A stretch of 40,843 nt of DNA from an uncultured Erysipelotrichaceae bacterium (GTDB taxonomy: Bacteria; Bacillota_I; Bacilli_A; RFN20; CAG-826), in contig CADCLZ010000001.1 of assembly GCA_902802365.1 (NCBI GenBank), positions 77,393-118,235 on the forward strand, written 5' to 3'. The notes under the pieces are model-generated. The model was given only the letters and a program-made list of their open reading frames with translations. It did no database searches and was not told the origin of the DNA. The position numbers and the translations under genes were made by a program. Shown one piece after another: positions 31,220 to 39,454 of the stretch; the first letter of the stretch is position 1; every line of letters begins with the position of its first letter.

Positions 31220-32601
31220 TGGCTAAATTCGCCTCTTTCCCCAAAGAACCCGTGCACGGCGTATGCCGCGACCTTACCTATGAAGGAAGAGGCGTGGTTG
31301 CTTTTGGCGAGGAGGTCATCTTCGTCCAAGGGATGTTCCCTGGCGAAGAAGGCGACGTCCAAATCCAGTACCGGAGAAACAGCAACCTGTTCGGGAAAGT
31401 CAAAAAACTCGATCAGGTTTCCCCGGACCGCGTCGAGCCTCGGTGCAAGATCTGCTCCAGTTGCGGCGGCTGCCAATTTCAGCAATATGCCTACCCTGCG
31501 CAGCTGCTTTTTAAGTCGAACAAAGTCAAAGAGCAATTCCGGAAGATCGGCCATATGGACGTTGATGTGCTGCCGACGATCGGGATGGACGATCCCTATT
31601 ACTATCGGAACAAGATCCAAATGCCGTTTGGCCGCGACATCAAGGGTCAGATCTACTGCGGCTTCTACAAAGAGAACTCGCACATCATCGTCCCGGTGAA
31701 CGAATGCTTTATCGAAGATAAACGCGCGGTCCATATCCTCGATGTCTTGAAGAAGCTCTTAAAAAGTTTTCGGATCGCCCCTTATGATGAGGACCGTCAT
31801 GAAGGCGTCCTCCGTCATGCGCTTATCCGCACTTCCTATTACGAAAAGCAGATCATGCTGGTTTTGGTGACCGCGGTCGATGTCTTCCCCTCGCGCGGCA
31901 ACTTCGTGAAAGCGTTATTGAAGGAATGCCCGGAGATCACCACGATTGTCCAAAATATCAATCCTCGGTCAACCAACGTCATTCTCGGACAGAAGCAATA
32001 TGTTCTCTTCGGCAAAGGCTATATTGAAGACTCCTTATGCGGGGTGAAGTTCCAGATCTCCGCGAAAAGCTTCTATCAGACGAACCCCGTGACGACCGAA
32101 AAGCTATACACGTATGCGATGGAATGCGCGAAGCTTAGCAAAGAAGACGTCGTTTTGGATGCCTATTCCGGCATCGGAACGATCGGATTGGTCGCCGCCA
32201 AATACTGCAAAGAAGTCCTTTCGGTCGAAATCGTCGAAGAGGCGGTGCGGGACGCGGAACGGAACGCGCGCCGAAACCATATCGAGAACTTCAAAGAAGT
32301 CGCCGACGACGCCTCGGCCTTCATGGTCCGGATGGCAAAGCAGAATATCCCCTTGGACGTTTTGTTCATGGACCCTCCGCGAAAGGGCTCAGATCAAAAG
32401 TTCTTGGACGCCGTCTTGAAACTGAAGCCGAAACGGATCGTCTATATTTCCTGCGACCCTTCCAGCCTAGCCAGGGACTGCAGCTACATCAATAAATCCT
32501 ATCAAATCGAATCGATTCAGCCTTTCGATATGTTCCCGCATACCACACACGTTGAAACAATTTGTTGCTTATCCTTAGCAAATAAAAAGGCTCAAAAATA
32601 G
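31219..32601 (+). CDS. rlmD: 23S rRNA (uracil1939-C5)-methyltransferase
   Basis: CGGC Fe-S motif, YRNK, SFYQTN, DPPRKG, YISC, DMFPHTTHVET. Confidence 0.95.
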   Translation: MAKFASFPKEPVHGVCRDLTYEGRGVVAFGEEVIFVQGMFPGEEGDVQIQYRRNSNLFGKVKKLDQVSPDRVEPRCKICSSCGGCQFQQYAYPAQLLFKSNKVKEQFRKIGHMDVDVLPTIGMDDPYYYRNKIQMPFGRDIKGQIYCGFYKENSHIIVPVNECFIEDKRAVHILDVLKKLLKSFRIAPYDEDRHEGVLRHALIRTSYYEKQIMLVLVTAVDVFPSRGNFVKALLKECPEITTIVQNINPRSTNVILGQKQYVLFGKGYIEDSLCGVKFQISAKSFYQTNPVTTEKLYTYAMECAKLSKEDVVLDAYSGIGTIGLVAAKYCKEVLSVEIVEEAVRDAERNARRNHIENFKEVADDASAFMVRMAKQNIPLDVLFMDPPRKGSDQKFLDAVLKLKPKRIVYISCDPSSLARDCSYINKSYQIESIQPFDMFPHTTHVETICCLSLANKKAQK

Positions 32602-32854
32602 TGAAAAAATAGTGAAATTTTTGTGAAACTTATCAAAGGAATATCTCGCCAGAATTAGCTAATAAGTCAACCGGCGTTTTTTTTCTATAAATAAAATAAA
32701 AGTATGATTGCGCGTAAACATATGCGATAGTCATAAACTTATTTACTTCGTAAATAGGCTGATAACTCGCTTTTTGCGCGAATCAACTCGTGAACTTGGT
32801 TATTTAAAAATTCGCCGATAAAGTGAATATTGTTAGGGAAGGAGATGTCCGTAT

Positions 32855-33766
32855 ATGACACTTGGTCAAAAAATTAAAAAGTTAAGAACCGAAAAAAGTT
32901 TAACTCAAAAAGATCTCGCGGATCAATTACACGTCACTTTCCAAACTGTCAGTAAATGGGAAAGTGGTACTAACGAACCTGACATAGCGACATTAAAGGA
33001 ATTATCTAAATTCTTTGGTTGTTCTTTTGATTATCTTTTAAATGATGATGAAGAAACACCAAAAGAAGAAGAAAAACCAGAACCAGAAGTTGTGGTAAAA
33101 GAAGTTCCTGTCATTAAAGAAACTATTATTGTCCATCAAAACGAGGCACACGTGTGTGCTAAATGTGGATTAGATATCCCCGAAGATGAATTAGTTTCTG
33201 AAGACGTTACTAAAAAAGAAAGACATGGACGACACACAAGAACCGTTTCTATTGGCCAAACCTATTATCACAAACATTGTTTAGAAGAAGTTAAGAAAGA
33301 AAGAGCGGAAGCTGCACGTAGAGCCAAGATTGCTAGAGCATCATCTAGTAAAAAGAAATGTTTTGGCTGGGGAATTGCTGCAGGTGTTACAGGTTTAGGC
33401 ATCGCTTTAGCAATATTTCTCACTCATACTGATGCTGTTAACCCAGCTCTGGGCGTCCTATTTAGTGTTTTAATTGCTTATGGAATGTTTGCAATGCTTT
33501 ATTGTATTCTTTCTGGCTCATATATCGGCGATGTATTTGTATGGTGTGCGGGCTTATCCATTAAATTCCCTGGACTCATATTTTCATGGGATTTAGAGGG
33601 TTTTGCGTGGTTAATTGCTATGAAAATATTATTTGCAATACTCGGATTCTTAATTGGTGTATTTGCATTATTATTCGCAATAGCGTTCTCTGCGGCTTTA
33701 GGGATGGTCTCGTTCCCATTTGTATTAATTCACAACGTTCGTACTGATTACGTAGATGCTTTTTAG
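32855..33766 (+). CDS. XRE-family HTH protein with a Cys/His motif and C-terminal TM helices
   Basis: LTQKDLADQLHVTFQTVSKWESG; CAKC...HKHC; hydrophobic C-terminal third; GGAG SD. Confidence 0.88.
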   Translation: MTLGQKIKKLRTEKSLTQKDLADQLHVTFQTVSKWESGTNEPDIATLKELSKFFGCSFDYLLNDDEETPKEEEKPEPEVVVKEVPVIKETIIVHQNEAHVCAKCGLDIPEDELVSEDVTKKERHGRHTRTVSIGQTYYHKHCLEEVKKERAEAARRAKIARASSSKKKCFGWGIAAGVTGLGIALAIFLTHTDAVNPALGVLFSVLIAYGMFAMLYCILSGSYIGDVFVWCAGLSIKFPGLIFSWDLEGFAWLIAMKILFAILGFLIGVFALLFAIAFSAALGMVSFPFVLIHNVRTDYVDAF

Positions 33767-33779
33767 GAGGGCGTGATAA

Positions 33780-36224
33780 ATGAAAAAGAAATTGTTATTC
33801 TTGGTTCCTGCATTATTAGGAATGTTCTTATCAGCTTGTAATACTGGAGGTGGCTCAACCACTCCACCAAGTGTTGATCCAGGTGGTGGAATTGAACCAG
33901 AAGGAGATCCAACAAAGACTGATTTTACTGGTGTTACTTTTGAAAGTGCTACATATACATATGATGGCCAACCCCACATTCTTGCTGAAGTGAATGGTGC
34001 ACCAGAAGACACTAACATTACTTACACCGGTAGAAATGAATATGTTGATGCCGGCACATATGAAGCAACCGCTAAATTGGTCAAAGATGGATATAACGAT
34101 AAAACATTAAATGCTACATTAACCATTAATAAAGCCACATTCACCGGTTATACCTACGAAAGCAAATCGGTTAAATATGATGGCGCTGAGCACATTAATG
34201 ACATTCAATTAGTTGGTATCCTTCCTCAAGGGACAACCACGAATGAAGTTGTAAAAGACTCTAATGGTGAAATTGTCACTAGTGCAATTGAAGTAGGAAC
34301 ATATGATTACACATGCACAATCACCAACAGCAATTTCGACACATTAACATTAACTGCTCAATTAACAATTAAGGCCGAAAAGAAAGACATGCCTGTATTT
34401 GTTGGCAGCGATGGAACCGTTTATTTTGCTAATGGATTACACAATGCATATTTATATTCTTTGACTGGCTCCGAACTAAATTTAATCGATTATTCTTCCC
34501 CAAAAGAATTCAATAAGTACAATTCTTCTTCAGCTTTATTTATTGCTGGTTCTACCTTATTAAATTCCGTTAAAGAAGTTAAAAGTGGAACATCAAGTGT
34601 TTTATATACCGATAGCAATATCGATGATTTTGTAAAACAAAGCGACACTGTTTATTACTATTCTTGCAACGCTTTAAAAGCTGCTAAATCTGGCATTTAT
34701 AAAGTTGATGCCACCGATTCTAATAATGAACCAGTAGTAACCAAAGTTTTTGAAGGCAAAACAGATAACCTAGCCATTTATGGTGGAAATCTCTACTTCA
34801 CAAACGGCAATGATCATAATTATTTATACAAAATGAATCTTTCTACCAATGCTACATCATTAGTGATGGAAGAAAAGGTTCATGAATTTACAATTAATAG
34901 CAATAAATTATATTGCACAGTTAACGGCTTAATTAATGATTATATTGGTTATTTAGATTTATCTAGTTCTTCGACAACGCCAACCAAATTAACAAATGCC
35001 GCTGGCGAATTCTTAACTGTAAAGAGCGGCTATTTATATTACAACTACACTGATTTATTCTCCGCTATTGATTCTTCAGTTAAAGGTATCTGGAGAATTA
35101 GCACAAGCGGTGGACAACCAGAACAATTATTAGCCAATGAAGGTGTTAATGGCTTTGATGTTGAATCATCTACATCATTAGTTTATGTTGATGCCACTAA
35201 TTTACATTTATATCGCTATAACACTTCAACAAAAGCAAGTACTGACCTATTAGATGGCTTTGTTGCTCCTGAATCCACTCCACTTAATACTGGTGGTCAA
35301 ACTATCTCTTTAGGCACAAAAACATACACTTTAAATATGTATGCTGGAAAAACTTTATATGTCTATGATGAATCCAGTAAGAGAAGTTCACAATTTACAA
35401 CTAATAAGGTTGAAGATTTCTACATTTACAATGGAATCATGTATTTCAACCAAGTCACAATGTTAACTAATAACGATTTATATGCAGTTAATTTAACAAT
35501 GGGTGGAGAAGCTGAAAAACTTAATTCCAACGATGTGAGAAATATGACAAGTGATGGCACATATTTATATGCTACTCATTACAATTGGGCTGGCACGGCT
35601 GGTGGTATGTCTAGAATGAGACTTGATGGCAGTGAATATGTTAAGTTCTCAGAAGTTAATGGTGCTAAGAATTTAACCGTCAAAGATAACAAACTTTATT
35701 ACATCAACTGTGGAACTGGTCAAGATAATGGATATATCGAATATGTTTCTACCAGTGACATCACAGCAACCACAGAAGATTTAGCTGGTACAAAATTGTC
35801 TAACAATATTAAGGAAGTTAAACAATTTGCTTTTGATGGAGATAATATCTTCTACATATATAACGGTATAACTGAAAACTCTGTTAGAAGAACCGATTTT
35901 GCTTCTTTAAGCGAAGGAACTAAATTAGCTTCTTCAAAAACTAATCCAAATGAGATTTTACTTAATGGAAATTATGTTTATTACTATTCTTATGCTGTGA
36001 CCGCTGCAAGTAGTGCCGGTTTCTATAGAGTAAGAAAAGACGCTACTGCTGATGGCGCTCAAGAATTATTGGTTGGATATGATTCCAAATATTACGGATC
36101 CAATTTATCAATTTCTGATTCAGGAAATCTTTACTTCTTGAATTACATTCCCAAATTAGTTTTAGGTGATGCCCATTTCTATCAAATCAATCTTTCTAAT
36201 AAGGCAGTAACTAAAATTAACTAA
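33780..36224 (+). CDS. Surface lipoprotein with two YDG/MBG-like repeats and beta-propeller (DUF5050-like) domains
   Basis: Lipobox LSAC; TYTYDG and VKYDG repeats; recurring YLYY/LYK blade-like motifs; AGGAGG SD. Confidence 0.8.
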   Translation: MKKKLLFLVPALLGMFLSACNTGGGSTTPPSVDPGGGIEPEGDPTKTDFTGVTFESATYTYDGQPHILAEVNGAPEDTNITYTGRNEYVDAGTYEATAKLVKDGYNDKTLNATLTINKATFTGYTYESKSVKYDGAEHINDIQLVGILPQGTTTNEVVKDSNGEIVTSAIEVGTYDYTCTITNSNFDTLTLTAQLTIKAEKKDMPVFVGSDGTVYFANGLHNAYLYSLTGSELNLIDYSSPKEFNKYNSSSALFIAGSTLLNSVKEVKSGTSSVLYTDSNIDDFVKQSDTVYYYSCNALKAAKSGIYKVDATDSNNEPVVTKVFEGKTDNLAIYGGNLYFTNGNDHNYLYKMNLSTNATSLVMEEKVHEFTINSNKLYCTVNGLINDYIGYLDLSSSSTTPTKLTNAAGEFLTVKSGYLYYNYTDLFSAIDSSVKGIWRISTSGGQPEQLLANEGVNGFDVESSTSLVYVDATNLHLYRYNTSTKASTDLLDGFVAPESTPLNTGGQTISLGTKTYTLNMYAGKTLYVYDESSKRSSQFTTNKVEDFYIYNGIMYFNQVTMLTNNDLYAVNLTMGGEAEKLNSNDVRNMTSDGTYLYATHYNWAGTAGGMSRMRLDGSEYVKFSEVNGAKNLTVKDNKLYYINCGTGQDNGYIEYVSTSDITATTEDLAGTKLSNNIKEVKQFAFDGDNIFYIYNGITENSVRRTDFASLSEGTKLASSKTNPNEILLNGNYVYYYSYAVTAASSAGFYRVRKDATADGAQELLVGYDSKYYGSNLSISDSGNLYFLNYIPKLVLGDAHFYQINLSNKAVTKIN

Positions 36225-36248
36225 TTAGAAATATTCGCAAAAGAAAAT

Positions 36249-36290
36249 AAGCCACATCTCCTCAAAATAACGAGGATTTGTGGCCTTTTT
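36249..36290 (+). terminator. Intrinsic terminator after the lipoprotein gene
   Basis: GCCACA-TCTCCTC...GAGGATT-TGTGGC plus T tract. Confidence 0.6.
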
Positions 36291-36532
36291 CTTAATAAGT
36301 GACAACTTTGTAATGCAGTTTTTCTGGTCTATAAGTTCTATCGTAAGTGACCAAGCCTTCTAATAAAGGAGCCTTATCAATTGCGTATGACCGTAAAGCA
36401 ATGAACGATATGACGATGACTATGAGGTAAATACAGAAATAGTAGATCATAGTGATTAAATTCAAAATCTTACGAAGAAAATAGCTACTTTAGACGGCCA
36501 AATTGGAAGCACTGTAACGGCAAAAGTGATAT

Positions 36533-36581
36533 TTGGATTTAGGGAACAAAATCTTTATAATGAAAGCGAAATGTTCCCTAA
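36533..36581 (+). promoter_or_regulatory. Sigma-A promoter of the fic gene with an operator-like inverted repeat
   Basis: TTGGAT-17-TATAAT (36533-36561); TTAGGGAACA 36539-36548 / TGTTCCCTAA 36572-36581. Confidence 0.65.
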
Positions 36582-36593
36582 GAAGGATATCAA

Positions 36594-37535
36594 ATGGAAA
36601 ACACAGTTATTCAAATTCAAGAACTATTAAATAGACGCGCTGAACTACAAGCCCGTTTAAACCTTTTGCCGTATGATGGCACTCCTGAAATTAAAACGAT
36701 TTCTAACAAGAAATATTTGTATATCCGCAAAAGAGAATTAGATAAAGTTAAATCCACCTATGTTGGTGAATATAGTGATGAACTCCATAACACCTTATTA
36801 AGAAATAATGTTGAAGCCAAAACCCTTCGCAAAGAAATTAGACAAATTGAAAAACAATTAGCGGTATTAGGCTATAAAGAAGAAGACTTATCGGAAAGAG
36901 TCGTTCTCAATCTAGATTTTGCTCGTTCTAATATGAAGAAGATCATTTATGATCAAGCCGTACTAGAAGGAGTGAGCACTACTTTTCCTGACACCGAGGC
37001 AATTATTGATAATGGCATTGTTAAAAATGTTAAAGCAGAAGACGTTCAAAAAATCATTAATCTAAAGCATGCCTGGCAGTTCATCTTGGACAAAGATGTT
37101 ATTCAAGCACCAAGCGATTATTATTTAGCCTCTTATATTGCTAGATTAGTTAACGAGGGATTATTAGCCATTCCTGATGGAGGAAGGATAAGAGGTGTAC
37201 CAGTGACTATTGGAGGTTCGTCATATATCCCTCCAATCCCTTTTGAAGATAAAGTTAAACAAGATATTAAAGACCTATTAGATTCTAATTTAGATGATAT
37301 TAATAAAGCCGTTGAACTCTGCCTGTATGTCATGAAGAGACAAATATATAACGACGGAAATAAAAGAACCGCAGTGGTGTACGCGAATCATTATCTTATT
37401 TCTAAAGGGCAGGGGTTATTAGTTATTGACTACAGTAAAGTTGATGATTTTAAAAAGCATTTAGTTAATTATTATGAAGATAAGGATTTAATTTCCATCA
37501 AGTCTTTCTTAAAAGATTGTTGGATGAAATTTTGA
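36594..37535 (+). CDS. Fic/DOC family protein with a non-canonical motif
   Basis: QAVLEG, GRIRGVPVTIGG, QIYNDGNKRTA. Confidence 0.88.
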   Translation: MENTVIQIQELLNRRAELQARLNLLPYDGTPEIKTISNKKYLYIRKRELDKVKSTYVGEYSDELHNTLLRNNVEAKTLRKEIRQIEKQLAVLGYKEEDLSERVVLNLDFARSNMKKIIYDQAVLEGVSTTFPDTEAIIDNGIVKNVKAEDVQKIINLKHAWQFILDKDVIQAPSDYYLASYIARLVNEGLLAIPDGGRIRGVPVTIGGSSYIPPIPFEDKVKQDIKDLLDSNLDDINKAVELCLYVMKRQIYNDGNKRTAVVYANHYLISKGQGLLVIDYSKVDDFKKHLVNYYEDKDLISIKSFLKDCWMKF

Positions 37536-37872
37536 TATATTGTCATCGCGGAGAAGCCTTATGATAAATGTCAAAATCGACAACGATATTTAGGCTTCAT
37601 AATCAATATCGAAAAAACAAAGAATCATTAAATTTGGTTGATGAGATTTCTTTGGTGGTCGCCCCTTACATCCAAAGGACTTCGAATTACAAGAACTTCG
37701 TCGATGTCGAGCGCCTTTTGACCATAAATACCGCTTCTTGGAAGCAAAGCCTTTGGGCGATGACGGGTCTGGCTACTTTTCAAAAGAAACAAAGGCTAAA
37801 AAGCGAGTTTCTACTTGTTAGGCGTCTTTAACATTTTGGGAGAAATAAGTATAGTTTTCATGGAGAAAAACC

Positions 37873-38508
37873 ATGAGCAAGAAATATGGCCCAAAGAAGA
37901 TGATGAACTCCTCAAGGTTCGTGGATCTTTTGGATGGCATGAGCCAAGAAGACCTTGATAAAGTCGCGGATAAAATCGGGGTTTATGTCAAAGAAAACCC
38001 CGAATATTGCGACAAAGGGAACTATCGGCACCTCTCTAACATTTTCACCTGCATGGCTATTTATCGGACTTTGATTGAAAAAGGGAAAAGTCCTCAGGAA
38101 GCCGAAGAAATCACCTTCAATGCGATGTATCAATATATGCAAAAGCAGCGGAAAACCTTCCAAAGGCTTTCCAAGAAAGGCTGGTTCTGGGGGCTTATCA
38201 AGAAGATCGTCCCGCTTGGCTTTAAAAAAGGAAGCGGCTATGGCTGGGAATACGCCTGGCATAAAGACGACCCGAAGAACCAGTTCAATTTCGAATGCAG
38301 GAGATGCATTTATCAGCAGCTTTTCAAGAAATATGACTTAGTCCGTTTTGGGCCGAAATTCTGCTATAACGACATCGTCGTTTATGGCGAATTGGATCGA
38401 ACCGATTTCAAGAGGACCAAAACCCTATGCCGCGGCGACGAGGAATGCGACTTCAAATTCGTGCGTTACAAAAAAGACGAGAAATTTGAAAGAAGCCAGA
38501 GCGTTTAA
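37873..38508 (+). CDS. L-2-amino-thiazoline-4-carboxylic acid hydrolase-family protein
   Basis: CIY...FCYND...RTKTLCRGDEECDF pattern; GGAG SD. Confidence 0.8.
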   Translation: MSKKYGPKKMMNSSRFVDLLDGMSQEDLDKVADKIGVYVKENPEYCDKGNYRHLSNIFTCMAIYRTLIEKGKSPQEAEEITFNAMYQYMQKQRKTFQRLSKKGWFWGLIKKIVPLGFKKGSGYGWEYAWHKDDPKNQFNFECRRCIYQQLFKKYDLVRFGPKFCYNDIVVYGELDRTDFKRTKTLCRGDEECDFKFVRYKKDEKFERSQSV

Positions 38509-38603
38509 ATCCGAAGAAACTTTTCATAACTTTTTATCGCACGCCAAAGAAAAACATCCTTTTAAGGATGCTTGTCTTTTTATAAAAGATTGATGGGCGA
38601 GGT

Positions 38604-39122
38604 TTAATCGCCGCTGGAGAAGGAAACGCTCGATCCTTCTTGGTTCCTGCGGTCCAAAATGCAATCAATCGCGATCACGAGGGCGCAGAAGAAGGCCTGG
38701 TCTTCGCTATCATCGATCGTCAAGACGAAGGAGTCGCGGAGCGAGACCCTGCGGGCGACGTGCCCAACATCGGCGCCGTTTTTCGTGACGCGGAAGTTGA
38801 AATCGAGGATGTTGCCGTCGAGGACGATCTCTTCGGGATAGCGATCCACGGTGAATTTGCTGCGAAGGGAGAGGAATTTCTTGGAGATGCGGCAGATGAT
38901 CTGCTTGTTCTCCGGATTGATGATGAAGGCGCGGCGGGTGAAGAGCCTCCAGAACTTGTTGCGGATGATGAAAAGCAGCTTGCCGTTTTTATCGTAGAAC
39001 CGCTTCTTGTGGGTGAAGGTGAAGATGTTGCCCTTCACTTCATAGATGTGGTTGTCCGCCATATCGGTGATGTAGGAGGATCCGCCGAGGGTGATCCATT
39101 TGTTTCTGATTTTGTATTCCAT
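38604..39122 (-). CDS. LURP-one-related / Tubby C-2 (scramblase-like) protein
   Basis: YEVKGNIFT, LDGNILDFNF, DSFVLTI, ALVIAID. Confidence 0.85.
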   Translation of the reverse strand: MEYKIRNKWITLGGSSYITDMADNHIYEVKGNIFTFTHKKRFYDKNGKLLFIIRNKFWRLFTRRAFIINPENKQIICRISKKFLSLRSKFTVDRYPEEIVLDGNILDFNFRVTKNGADVGHVARRVSLRDSFVLTIDDSEDQAFFCALVIAIDCILDRRNQEGSSVSFSSGD

Positions 39123-39394
39123 AAAGAACCTCTATAAGATTTTGCCACAGCCCCTTTTTCTAAAAAAAGAGTTTTTTATCATACACGTACGCCCGCGTAC
39201 ATATTTTCTTTTCTTATATATGCGATCGCCCGCAGATGTTCATTTCCAAGGCGTTTTAGAAAAGAAAATGAGGGAAAACAATATTTTCGGAGGGAGAAAA
39301 AACCAGAGAAAAGAAGAAATTTTCAAGAAAATAAATATATTTTAAAAAATCTTTTGAAGAAATTACTCCGATCACAAGCCACTTTTTAGGTTTT

Positions 39395-39454
39395 TCGAAA
39401 AAAATTTTAAAAAAATGTATTGACACACTCATATATAGGTGTAAACTAATCGAA
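39395..39454 (+). promoter_or_regulatory. Strong stable-RNA-type sigma-A promoter with UP element
   Basis: TTGACA 39420-39425, 16-bp spacer, TAAACT 39442-39447, preceded by AAAAAAATTTTAAAAAAAT. Confidence 0.8.

Larger units (their letters stand above)
32545..37600. mobile_element. AT-rich accessory island or element remnant at the rlmD 3' end (no integrase visible)
   Basis: Abrupt switch from GC-ending to AT-ending codons within the last ~20 codons of rlmD, with gradual return after ~37600; boundaries approximate. Confidence 0.6.

Noticed and set aside
88-32419. Long antisense or alternate-frame ORFs (e.g. 2230-3153, 9838-10611, 11322-12263, 22867-23628)
   Set aside because: Shadows of real genes caused by GC-ending codon bias; no independent motifs
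36300-36530. Possible gene remnant between the lipoprotein and fic genes
   Set aside because: Multiple stops and no recognisable translation
37568-37831. 87-aa ORF, and GATGTCGAGCGCCTTTTGACC (~37703) as a displaced rlmD 3' end (attR)
   Set aside because: The ORF straddles the composition boundary and has no recognisable motif; the resemblance to HVE..LL is too short and needs a gap
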